DNA of 41,276 nt. Origin: Desulfonatronovibrionaceae bacterium (GTDB lineage Bacteria > Desulfobacterota > Desulfovibrionia > Desulfovibrionales > Desulfonatronovibrionaceae). The notes below the pieces were generated by a model. It was given only the letters and a program-made list of their open reading frames with translations. It did no database searches and was not told the origin of the DNA. Each line of letters opens with the position of its first letter. Position 1 is the stretch's first letter. A program made the position numbers and the translations under genes. Positions 1 to 8,007 of this stretch are shown here, piece by piece. The DNA lies in the NCBI GenBank assembly GCA_046539845.1, contig JBKHGE010000019.1:1-41276 (forward strand), given 5' to 3'.

Positions 1-381
1 ACTAGCGCTTATGTGGGTTTTAAATTGGGTTATGCTGAACTGGTTGAATACATCTCCCGGGCGGAGGCCATCTTTGTATCTCCCATAGTATTGGGTGAAC
101 TCATATTCGGATTCCGGAACGGCTCCAGGTTTTCCAAGAATTTGGAAGAGCTGGAGGTATTTCTGTCTCATCCCGCAGTTGAATCCATAAAAATGAGCCA
201 AATTACTGCCGACAGGTATTCAAGAATCGCCTTGCAGCTTAAGCAACAGGGAACACCCCTTCCTTCAAACGACATCTGGATAGCGGCCCAGACCTTGGAA
301 ACCGGGGCTGAACTTGTAACCATGGATAACCATTTTGATAAAATCTGCGGTCTTGTCTACCGCCTTTTTACTCGCCCTTAA
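1..381 (+). CDS. vapC: VapC-family PIN-domain toxin (5' end lies outside the window)
   Basis: Frame 1 is open from base 1 (TSAYVGFKLG..., just after the usual N-terminal 'DT' motif). PIN motifs SPIVLGEL, SNDIWIAA and LVTMDNHF are present. Confidence 0.88.
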   Translation, partial: TSAYVGFKLGYAELVEYISRAEAIFVSPIVLGELIFGFRNGSRFSKNLEELEVFLSHPAVESIKMSQITADRYSRIALQLKQQGTPLPSNDIWIAAQTLETGAELVTMDNHFDKICGLVYRLFTRP

Positions 382-424
382 ATCTTTACCGGGACAAAAA
401 ACAATCTCCATCTACAAATTTTAC

Positions 425-453
425 TTGCATTTTCTATATAGCCGAGGCACAAT
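425..453 (+). promoter_or_regulatory. sigma70-type promoter for the hipBA-like operon
   Basis: TTGCAT(425-430)-N17-CACAAT(448-453), 50 nt before the ATG at 504. Confidence 0.5.
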
Positions 454-455
454 TT

Positions 456-501
456 GTCTTATAAAAAAGACTAAAGCAAACACAGCACTTACAAGCAAGA
501 C
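456..501. promoter_or_regulatory. two candidate HipB-type operators
   Basis: Inverted repeat GTCTT-N6-AAGAC at 456-471 and a related copy caCTTAcAAgcAAGAC at 486-501, 30 bp apart. Confidence 0.5.
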
Positions 502-503
502 AA

Positions 504-845
504 ATGCCTAAAACAAAAACCCGCGCATATTCCAGATATACTCTTCAGGCGGTTCAGCTTCTGGGCCGGCTTATCCGGACCGCCAGAATCGAAAACCGCA
601 TGACCACCAGGGAACTATCCGAGCGGGCCGGGATATCCCGGGACATGCTGTACCGCATAGAAAAAGGCGATCCCAGGGCGGAAATTGGAGTGGCCTTTGA
701 ACTGGCGGCCATCCTCAAAATCCAGCTTTTTGAATCCGAGCGGGACACCCTACGGACCCAAATAAAACGGACCGAGGATAGATTAGCTCTATTGCCCAAG
801 GCCATACGGAGCCGGAAAAAAGAGGAAGTGCCGGATGACTTTTAG
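504..845 (+). CDS. XRE/HTH_3 transcriptional regulator, HipB-like antitoxin
   Basis: LIRTARIENRMTTRELSERAGISRDMLYRIEKG is an HTH-XRE signature. The gene overlaps the start of the hipA-like gene. Confidence 0.88.
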   Translation: MPKTKTRAYSRYTLQAVQLLGRLIRTARIENRMTTRELSERAGISRDMLYRIEKGDPRAEIGVAFELAAILKIQLFESERDTLRTQIKRTEDRLALLPKAIRSRKKEEVPDDF

Positions 846-2097
846 TACAGACATCCGGGAACCCAAAGAAGCATTCGTATGGATATGGCTTCCCGGACAG
901 ACGCAACCGGTAGTGGCCGGACGTTTGGCAAAAACCGAAAAAGGGCTGCAATTCAACTACGGAAAAAGTTTTTTGCAACGTCAGGATGCTATTCCCATCT
1001 ATTTGCCGGAGCTTCCGCTCAGGCCCGGCAGCTTGCCTCTCCCGCCCGGCCTTTCCATGCCCAATTGCCTGCGTGATGCCTCGCCGGACGCTTGGGGACG
1101 ACGCGTTATTATAAACCGAGTTCTGGGGAAACAAAATAAGAATATTGATCCCACCGCATTGGGGGAACTAACCTATCTGCTGGCTTCCGGGTCGGACAGA
1201 TCCGGGGCGCTGGACTTTCAAGCCTCTCCTACGGAATACAAACCCCGGCTTAGCGAGCAGGCATCCCTGGAACAACTCATTCAGGCCTTGGATTATGTGG
1301 AAAAGGGAAATCCCCTGCCTCTCGCATTGGATCAGGCCCTTATGCACGGGACCTCCCTGGGGGGAGCGCGTCCAAAGGCCCAGATAGAGGACGGCGGACA
1401 TAAATATGTGGCCAAATTTCCGAGCAGCACGGATATATATTCCGTGGTCAAGGCAGAGTTCATTTCCATGCGCCTGGCCGAGGTTGCGGGACTTAATGTG
1501 GCCCCGGTAAAACTGGTCAAGGCTTTGGGCAGGGACATTTTGCTTATCAAACGCTTTGACAGACGCAAAACCGAGGAGGGATGGCAACGAAAAGCCATGG
1601 TTTCCGGGTTGACTCTCCTGGAGCTGGATGAACTGATGGCTAGGTACGCCAGCTATGAGCAACTGGCGGAAGTTATCCGACACCGTTTTACCAACCCGAA
1701 ATCCACTCTGCGGGAAATGTTCGCCAGAATGACCTTTAACATCCTCTGTTCCAACACGGACGATCATGCCCGAAATCATGCCGCTTTCTGGGACGGCTCC
1801 GGTTTGAATCTCACCCCGGCCTATGATATCTGCCCTCAGCCACGCACCGGAAATGAAGCCACCCAAGCCATGCTGATCCATGGAGAGAATCGTTTCAGCC
1901 GCCTGGATGTGTGTCTGAAAGCCGCTCCGAATTTTTTACTGTCGGAAAAAGAAGCCCGGAGCATTATAGACGCCCAGATTGAGAGTATCCATAAAAATTG
2001 GAATCCGGTTTGCGATCAAGCAGAACTATCAAAGGTGGACAGGAATCTTTTCTGGAAACGACAGTTTCTAAACCCGTACGCGACGCGATTCTATTAA
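835..2097 (+). CDS. hipA: HipA-family Ser/Thr kinase toxin (N-terminal Couple_hipA-like domain plus HipA_C)
   Basis: Motifs DASPDAWG, GTSLGGARPK (P-loop), KFP, FDR, NTDDHARNH (catalytic loop) and LTPAYDI. Confidence 0.93.
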   Translation: MTFSTDIREPKEAFVWIWLPGQTQPVVAGRLAKTEKGLQFNYGKSFLQRQDAIPIYLPELPLRPGSLPLPPGLSMPNCLRDASPDAWGRRVIINRVLGKQNKNIDPTALGELTYLLASGSDRSGALDFQASPTEYKPRLSEQASLEQLIQALDYVEKGNPLPLALDQALMHGTSLGGARPKAQIEDGGHKYVAKFPSSTDIYSVVKAEFISMRLAEVAGLNVAPVKLVKALGRDILLIKRFDRRKTEEGWQRKAMVSGLTLLELDELMARYASYEQLAEVIRHRFTNPKSTLREMFARMTFNILCSNTDDHARNHAAFWDGSGLNLTPAYDICPQPRTGNEATQAMLIHGENRFSRLDVCLKAAPNFLLSEKEARSIIDAQIESIHKNWNPVCDQAELSKVDRNLFWKRQFLNPYATRFY

Positions 2098-2114
2098 AAG
2101 GAGAACCACAGAAC

Positions 2115-3293
2115 ATGTTTTTCGCGGACAAACCGTATGTATCCGATTTTTTTAAAAAGACAGTAAGAGACAACGCCATCCCGGTAGTGAAGACCGAGGC
2201 GGCCAAGGCCCTAGACCTCCTGCCGGGAACAAATATCATTGACGAAAATAAGGCCGCGGAGCTGGCCGAGGATTCAGCCAATCTCCGGGCCTATGCCCTA
2301 TCAGAAAACTCCATCGGCTGGATCGCGGAGCATCTTGGGCATACCGATCTTCCGCAAAAGATCGACCGCTTCAAGGACAAGCTCAAATTCCGGGAATTTA
2401 CCCGGGATATTTTCCCGGATTTCTATTTCCAGGGAGTATTTGCTGACGAGTTGCAGGAAGTGCGCGCGGAAGAACTGCATTTCCCGCTTATAATCAAACC
2501 GGCGGTCGGCTTTTTCAGCATGGGGGTCTTCAAGGTCGCCGCAGCGGCACAATGGACCGATACCGTTAAAGCGATCCGCGCGGAGCTTGAAAAAGTCCGG
2601 GACATCTATCCCCGGGAAGTCATGGACGCGAACCGATTTGTGCTCGAAGAAAACATTGACGGGGATGAATTCGCGGTGGACGTGTATTTCGATGCCACTG
2701 GCGAGCCGGTGGTCCTTTCCATATTCAGGCACACCTTTTCCTCGGACGCGGATGTAAACGACCGGGTGTACACGACATCCAGGGATATTATCGAAAACAA
2801 CCTGGAGGAATTCACTGCTTTCGCCCGCAGAATCAGCCGGGCCACAGGCATAATAAATTTCCCGGTGCACATGGAGATCAGGCGGGATAAAAACGGACAG
2901 ATCCTGCCCATAGAAATAAATCCGCTTCGCTTCGGGGGCTGGTGCACCACCGCGGACATGACTTATCACGCCTGGGGGTTCAATCCCTATCTTTACTATT
3001 ACCTGGACCAAAAACCGGACTGGACCGAGCTCCTCCGGGGAAAAGAAGGGAGTCTCTTCAGTATCATCGTTTTGGACAATTCCACCGGGATAGAGGCCGG
3101 GGAGATCCACGCCTTTGATTATGAGCGGCTTATGGCCGGCTTTGAAAACCCGCTGCAGCTCAGAAAGGTGGACTATACAAAGTACCCGGTATTCGGTTTT
3201 CTGTTTGTGCAGACCAGGGAGGAAAACTCGGGCGAGCTTGAATACATCCTGAATTCGGATCTCCGGGAATTTGTGGAGACAAAAGCCGGATGA
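2115..3293 (+). CDS. stand-alone ATP-grasp domain protein
   Basis: Motifs FKDKLKFR, PLIIKPAVGFFSMGV, VLEENIDGDEFAVD, PVHMEIR and PIEINPLRFGG. ATG 2115 has an AAGGAG RBS at the hipA stop, so it is preferred over the ORF-track start at 1998. Confidence 0.85.
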   Translation: MFFADKPYVSDFFKKTVRDNAIPVVKTEAAKALDLLPGTNIIDENKAAELAEDSANLRAYALSENSIGWIAEHLGHTDLPQKIDRFKDKLKFREFTRDIFPDFYFQGVFADELQEVRAEELHFPLIIKPAVGFFSMGVFKVAAAAQWTDTVKAIRAELEKVRDIYPREVMDANRFVLEENIDGDEFAVDVYFDATGEPVVLSIFRHTFSSDADVNDRVYTTSRDIIENNLEEFTAFARRISRATGIINFPVHMEIRRDKNGQILPIEINPLRFGGWCTTADMTYHAWGFNPYLYYYLDQKPDWTELLRGKEGSLFSIIVLDNSTGIEAGEIHAFDYERLMAGFENPLQLRKVDYTKYPVFGFLFVQTREENSGELEYILNSDLREFVETKAG

Positions 3294-3337
3294 CTGGAGA
3301 TAGGAGCTAGAGTTAATAACATGTATATTTTTACATC

Positions 3338-3390
3338 TTGACTACTTAATGTTTTGATGCATAGATGTATTTATGCAAAACATAAACATG
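3338..3390. promoter_or_regulatory. promoter/operator region of the RHH antitoxin with 8-bp-periodic ATGY boxes
   Basis: TTGACT -35 at 3338. Boxes ATGTTTTG/ATGCATAG/ATGTATTT/ATGCAAAA at 3349-3380. Inverted pair ATGTTTTG...CAAAACAT. Confidence 0.45.
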
Positions 3391-3403
3391 GAGAAAGACT
3401 CTT

Positions 3404-3640
3404 ATGGGCCGTATGACCATAAATCTTGATGATGAACTGCAACGCGCTCTCAAGGAGACCGCTGTCCGCCAAGGACAAAGCGTAAGCAAAATAATCGAGG
3501 AAAGTCTTCGGCTGCGAGGGATAAAATCCACGGAGACCGCCCGTCAAATTGTTGCTCGAGTTCGTCAGCAAGCCGGATTGAATGAAGAAGAAGCCCTTAA
3601 GATGGGCATTGAGGAAACCCAGGCCTATCGTTCGCAGTGA
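3404..3640 (+). CDS. ribbon-helix-helix (CopG-like) antitoxin
   Basis: MGRMTINLDDELQRALKETAVRQGQSVSKIIEESLR is an RHH signature. GGAG RBS upstream; GTGA overlap with the PIN remnant. Confidence 0.82.
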   Translation: MGRMTINLDDELQRALKETAVRQGQSVSKIIEESLRLRGIKSTETARQIVARVRQQAGLNEEEALKMGIEETQAYRSQ

Positions 3641-3771
3641 ACAAGCGAATTTTTGTAGTCGACACGAACATTCTTGTTGCCGGAGATAAATTACTTATCA
3701 GCAACCCTCCATCTCAAAATTCAGTTATCCCCCCGAGAAGCTGGGAGCATTTTTTCCAGAGAACATTCTGA
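3637..3771 (+). pseudogene. internally deleted PIN-family toxin (44 aa remnant)
   Basis: GTG-started in-frame ORF MNKRIFVVDTNILVAG|DKLLISNPPSQNSVIPPRSWEHFFQRTF*. The PIN N-terminal VVDTN motif is joined directly to a PIN C-terminal GDxLL...V.xP tail. Confidence 0.72.
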
Positions 3772-3781
3772 AATTACCGCC

Positions 3782-3823
3782 AAAAAAGGCCGCACCAGGG
3801 CAAACCCGGATGCGGCGTTTTTT
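3782..3823. terminator. bidirectional intrinsic terminator
   Basis: AAAAAA-gGCCGCA...GGG-caaa-CCC...TGCGGC-g-TTTTTT, located between convergent genes. Confidence 0.6.
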
Positions 3824-3978
3824 CAAGAACAGACGCGGATACATCCGCGCTTTAAAGCAAACCATTCCTTTTTCATTATCCTGCAGGTGGCTATGCGGAA
3901 ATTGTCGTCCGCCTCCATGTAGCAAAACTCCATTTTCTCCCCGAGCATTTCCGGTTAATACACTCCATGCATCAGTAC

Positions 3979-5745
3979 TCATTTTCTGATCAACTGCCGC
4001 CCCATACTGGCATCGAAGAACTTGCCTATCCCGTATTCCCGGCGGCGGAAAAACCTCTCCGGGCTGGGACCGATTATCTGCATCTCTGGATATTTCTGCT
4101 GCACTTCCAAAGCGATCTGCATCTCCTTGGTACATCCGGTGGAATAGGTGGCATCCTTGCCCGCCCAGACCGGGGGGATTTTTTCGCCCATGAGTTCAAA
4201 GCTGACCTCGATATCCGAAACAGTCTGGAAGCGCCAGACATCTATGAGCCCGCTGCGCTGGACGATCTCCCACATATACATGAGATCGTCCGCGTCCATG
4301 CCCGACTCAAAGTGCTCGGCCGGATTGATGATAAACGTCTTTTCCAGCTTCTCCCGCAGGTAGGCAATAAAGGTATTCAACACCGAGATGGCGGTCTGGG
4401 TCTGCCCGGGGATGCTGCCCACCACCGCGCTGTAGAACATGACCTTCTGCCCCTTGGTCCGGGCCTCGGCCAACCGCCGCTTGATTCCCTCCGCCTTGCG
4501 CACCAGCTCCTTTTCCGAATAAATGCGCACCCGGGGAGACTTGTGCTTGAAACTGAAATCCATCACGCCCTCGGAATCACGGTAAAAAGCCAGAACATCC
4601 CGGGTAAACTTATGCGAGTTGTGGATCAGGCGGCGGTAATTGCCGTTGCCCTTGGCAATGACCACGTCCGCCTCTTTCCAGGCCCGGGCAAAAGTCACCG
4701 AAGTACGATAGATATTCAGCCTCTCCCTGGTGCCGTCGGATATAACCACCACATCGTTGGCCCGCAGGGTATCCAGAAGCGTGTTCTTGGAGACGTTGCT
4801 GTCCTCGACCATACGTGCCTCGCTCAAATAATCAAAGAGCACCGGATCGTTCTCATAATCCCAGAACACCGGATAATCGTAATAAAACCCCTCCTTCAGG
4901 GCCAAAATCACCTTGTGCCCCAGCCGGACAAAGGCCCGGACAATCATGAGGTCAAAAAGGATCCCCCCGGCGGAGTTGGGCATATACAAGATTTTCTTGC
5001 CGCGATGGCTGTCCGGGCCGAAGACCTCGCTCATGACCTCCTCAAAATCGGCCCAGTCCCGGTTAATCTCCCTTTCCACCTCATGGGAAGCCGGGGAAAA
5101 ATCCTTTTCCTTCCAGATCGCGCACCAAGTGGAAAGAGAAAAAAGCCTCTTGAACTCCAGGATATCCAAATGCCAACGCAGGTCCTGGATCCTCTCACAG
5201 CCCATGGTCGAAGCCGGACAGGCGCTTATGAACCGTCTGAAAAGCGGGCTGTATATAAAGTCATGCGCGCGGCGGTTGAAGGCCTGTTTGCGTTCCTGAT
5301 ACGGGTCCTGCATGGTGCTCTGACTCAGATAAATGGTCAAAAGCCGCTTAAGGAGTCTGGAAGGAATCACGAACGGATAGCGCAATGAGTCCTGGAACTT
5401 GTGTCTGCACAAGGCGACAATCTTGCGGCGCAGGTAGTTATCCAAGGGGATATTGCGGATCACGCGGATCAGCTTGCGCCACGTGGCCCGGTACTCGTTG
5501 TACAGATCCGAGGTCATCTCCGAATTGAGCAGATTATCCAGCATCCAATCCGTACACGGCGCGAAAAACTGGCCCTCCTCCAGATCCACCAAAAAGCGGA
5601 GCTGATCCAGGGAGGCGTTCTTGTCCGGAGAAATCAAATGCTCCAGATCATTTTCGGTCATAAAGTGCAGAAGCCAGGCATCCAGGTACGGATCCCGGCC
5701 GTATCTGAGTTCGGTAATGGATTCTATCTCCGGCAGTTCACTCAA
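3979..5745 (-). CDS. ARMT1/DUF89-like domain protein with an extra C-terminal NDT/DUF4406-like domain
   Basis: DUF89-like segments KKILYMPNSAGGILFDL and ADVVIAKGNGNYRRL. C-terminal segment VMFYSA...INPAEH...YSTGCTKEMQIA. The TTG start overlaps the nadK stop. Confidence 0.72.
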   Translation of the reverse strand: MSELPEIESITELRYGRDPYLDAWLLHFMTENDLEHLISPDKNASLDQLRFLVDLEEGQFFAPCTDWMLDNLLNSEMTSDLYNEYRATWRKLIRVIRNIPLDNYLRRKIVALCRHKFQDSLRYPFVIPSRLLKRLLTIYLSQSTMQDPYQERKQAFNRRAHDFIYSPLFRRFISACPASTMGCERIQDLRWHLDILEFKRLFSLSTWCAIWKEKDFSPASHEVEREINRDWADFEEVMSEVFGPDSHRGKKILYMPNSAGGILFDLMIVRAFVRLGHKVILALKEGFYYDYPVFWDYENDPVLFDYLSEARMVEDSNVSKNTLLDTLRANDVVVISDGTRERLNIYRTSVTFARAWKEADVVIAKGNGNYRRLIHNSHKFTRDVLAFYRDSEGVMDFSFKHKSPRVRIYSEKELVRKAEGIKRRLAEARTKGQKVMFYSAVVGSIPGQTQTAISVLNTFIAYLREKLEKTFIINPAEHFESGMDADDLMYMWEIVQRSGLIDVWRFQTVSDIEVSFELMGEKIPPVWAGKDATYSTGCTKEMQIALEVQQKYPEMQIIGPSPERFFRRREYGIGKFFDASMGRQLIRK

Positions 5746-6604
5746 GAAAGTCCTCCCCGTTACTCAAAAAACCGCGCTCCAAAAGCCGGGCCACAAAATA
5801 TTCCGGCCCGGCAGTGGACAAAATGGTCATTTTTTTATCCGCCCGGCCGATTTCCAGCTCGTCCCCGGCCCGGATCTCATACCCGGCCTGACCGTCCACG
5901 GTCAAATACATGGAAGGATTTGTATCAGAGACAATAATCCTTATCCGGCTCTGTCCGGGGACAACCATGGGCGCGAACTTCTGCAGAAAGGGACACACCG
6001 GGGTAAGGATGAACGCGTCCACCTCCGGGTAAACCAGAGGACCACCCGCGGAAATATTGTATGCAGTGGACCCGGTGGGGGTGGAGACAATGATCCCGTC
6101 CGCGCGCATCTGCAAGTCCGGAGAGCTGTCCACCCGGAGATCGAACCGGTTCAAACGGGCCATACCGCTTCTGTTTATCACCAGGTCATTGATCCCTTGC
6201 CCCTGATAAACAATCTTTTGCCCCCGCCTCACTTCAAAATCCAGGACCAAACGGGGAGACAAAAAATACTCGCCCGCGAGCACCCGAGAGAGCTGTTTTT
6301 GCCACTGCCCGGGATCGATGTCTGCCAGAAACCCGACCTGACCCAGATTCACTCCCAAAAAGGGCACGGAATTGAATCCGATTTTTCGAGCCACGCTGAG
6401 CATGGTCCCGTCCCCGCCCAAAATAAGGATCAAGTCCGGGGAATTTTCGCCCAGATCCAGGGTCTTTCCCCGGACCTGGTTGTCCACGCAGACGACCCGA
6501 CAGTCGCGCCACTGCAGCCACTGCGAGATTTCCCCGCCCAGGGCGGCGGCCTTTTTATTCCCCTCCTTGGTCACCAAGGCTATCTCGGCGAAATACGAAC
6601 TCAT
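5738..6604 (-). CDS. nadK: NAD(+) kinase
   Basis: Motifs LGGDGTML, LGVNLGQVGFL, INDLVI and DGIIVSTPTGSTAYNISAGGP. Start is uncertain (6604, 6613 or 6646). Confidence 0.95.
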   Translation of the reverse strand: MSSYFAEIALVTKEGNKKAAALGGEISQWLQWRDCRVVCVDNQVRGKTLDLGENSPDLILILGGDGTMLSVARKIGFNSVPFLGVNLGQVGFLADIDPGQWQKQLSRVLAGEYFLSPRLVLDFEVRRGQKIVYQGQGINDLVINRSGMARLNRFDLRVDSSPDLQMRADGIIVSTPTGSTAYNISAGGPLVYPEVDAFILTPVCPFLQKFAPMVVPGQSRIRIIVSDTNPSMYLTVDGQAGYEIRAGDELEIGRADKKMTILSTAGPEYFVARLLERGFLSNGEDFLE

Positions 6605-6746
6605 AAGCGGCATGCTATCCCAGAACCCGCGGCCATTCAAGGGCAAATCCGCAGGTCAAGCGGCTTCAAGAAAGCCTCTTTTCCCCACCGGCCCTATACC
6701 TCCCAGACCCCTTAACCTCAAAATCACATTTTCTTTAAAAAAAACC

Positions 6747-6773
6747 TAAAGTTTTCTTAAACGCGGCCGATAG
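6747..6773 (+). promoter_or_regulatory. sigma28 (FliA) promoter
   Basis: TAAA(6747-6750)-N15-GCCGATAG(6766-6773) matches the FliA consensus TAAA-N15-GCCGATAA and lies upstream of the flgM unit. Confidence 0.85.
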
Positions 6774-6794
6774 AGATGATGAGTGAGTACAAAT

Positions 6795-7208
6795 ATGAGC
6801 GAACAAAATCCAATCCCAAAGAACGCGCTTAAGACCTATGACCGGCAGCTGGATACCGGACGCAAGCTGAACCGACTACGGAAATATTTGCGTAAGCGCC
6901 AAAAAAAAGATAATGTCTATCTGGGTGAGGAAAAAAGACGGCAAATGGTGGAGAAGATCTCCGCGGAGATAGTGGAAAACCTGCTCACTTCCAAAAGCGA
7001 TAATGAATTGGTCCGGGAAATCAAAAGGGAAATGGAGGAAAATCTGGGCACCAGCCTGTTTTTCTTCTACCCCCCGAACGGAGAAGAGATGCAGATCTTA
7101 AAGAGCGACCCTAAAGAGGACCAGGATATGACCGATAAAGAAAGGGAGAGGGTGATGCGTACTCTCTGGGAGACCACGGTCAGGGTCGTGGATCGAACAA
7201 TGCTTTAA
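6795..7208 (+). CDS. FlgM-associated hypothetical protein (resembles the Desulfovibrio DVU0524 family)
   Basis: LKTYDRQL...KRRQMVEKISAEIVENLL...LWETTVRVVDRTML, positioned directly upstream of flgM. Family assignment is from memory. Confidence 0.7.
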   Translation: MSEQNPIPKNALKTYDRQLDTGRKLNRLRKYLRKRQKKDNVYLGEEKRRQMVEKISAEIVENLLTSKSDNELVREIKREMEENLGTSLFFFYPPNGEEMQILKSDPKEDQDMTDKERERVMRTLWETTVRVVDRTML

Positions 7209-7231
7209 ACTCCTGATACAGGAGGCGGGAT

Positions 7232-7528
7232 ATGGAAATAAGCTCACTTTTAGCCAGTATTAAGGGCTACACACAACCTTCAGTGGACAAGGCGGCGGAC
7301 AAAAAGGCCGAGGCCAAGTCCGAAAATGCCGGCCATGAGGACAAGGTCTCTTTGTCCAATCAGGCCAAGCTCTTGCAGCAGACCCAAAAGAGCGCCTCAG
7401 AGAGCCCGGAAACACGCCAAGAAAAGATCGAGTCCTTTAAGGCCAGTATTGAGAACGGCACCTACAAGCCGGATAGCTCCAAAATAGCGGAGAAACTCTT
7501 GCAGGACGAGATCGACATCCTGATTTAG
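7232..7528 (+). CDS. flgM: anti-sigma28 factor FlgM
   Basis: Motifs DKVSLS and RQEKIESFKASIENGTYKPDSSKIAEKLL. GGAGG RBS. Confidence 0.92.
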   Translation: MEISSLLASIKGYTQPSVDKAADKKAEAKSENAGHEDKVSLSNQAKLLQQTQKSASESPETRQEKIESFKASIENGTYKPDSSKIAEKLLQDEIDILI

Positions 7529-8007
7529 CCGGTCTCCGTCTCCCCGTTTTTGCCTTCCCGTGTAGACAAGTCCCGGACATAGACCTGCGCTGGCTTGCCC
7601 AGCAAAAGTTGCGGCACCTGCAACCCAATCTTTTTTTTCTTGTTCACCAAAACGGGTCCGGCCAGATTGAGCGCAGTCTCTTCCGGCTTCCCCGGGGGGA
7701 TGGAAACCGAGACCAGAATGGTCAGGTCGTCTATCCTCCGCACCTTGAGGATCTTTTCCTCCGTGCTCCCCACCTGGACCTGATAGTCCGGGACAAACCC
7801 GAAGGGCTCAACCACAAAGAGCCCCATCTGGTGGTTATCCACGCTCTGCAAAAGCAAAAACGCAGAGTTTTCCCGGAGCTGGATCAAAACGAACTGCCTG
7901 AGCTGGGGATAACCCACCAGTCCACGCGGGAAATGGATGATCCTCTCCCGGTCTATCTTTATCCGCCCAACTTTGGAGGGTATGTCCATCATTTGTCCGC
8001 TTTCCAT
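7525..8007 (-). CDS. fliW: flagellar assembly factor FliW
   Basis: Motifs IHFPRGLVG, FLLLQSVD, VVEPFGFVPDY and LNLAGPVLVN; follows csrA. The start could be 7992. Confidence 0.9.
   Translation of the reverse strand: MESGQMMDIPSKVGRIKIDRERIIHFPRGLVGYPQLRQFVLIQLRENSAFLLLQSVDNHQMGLFVVEPFGFVPDYQVQVGSTEEKILKVRRIDDLTILVSVSIPPGKPEETALNLAGPVLVNKKKKIGLQVPQLLLGKPAQVYVRDLSTREGKNGETETG

Noticed and set aside
3674..4135. ORFs 3674..3922 (+) and 3725..4135 (-)
   Set aside because: Both cross the bidirectional terminator, lack motifs, and overlap better-supported features (the PIN remnant and the DUF89 3' end).
3967..6715. Long + strand ORFs (473 aa, 178 aa, 364 aa)
   Set aside because: They lie antisense to the DUF89-like gene and nadK, which carry the real family motifs.
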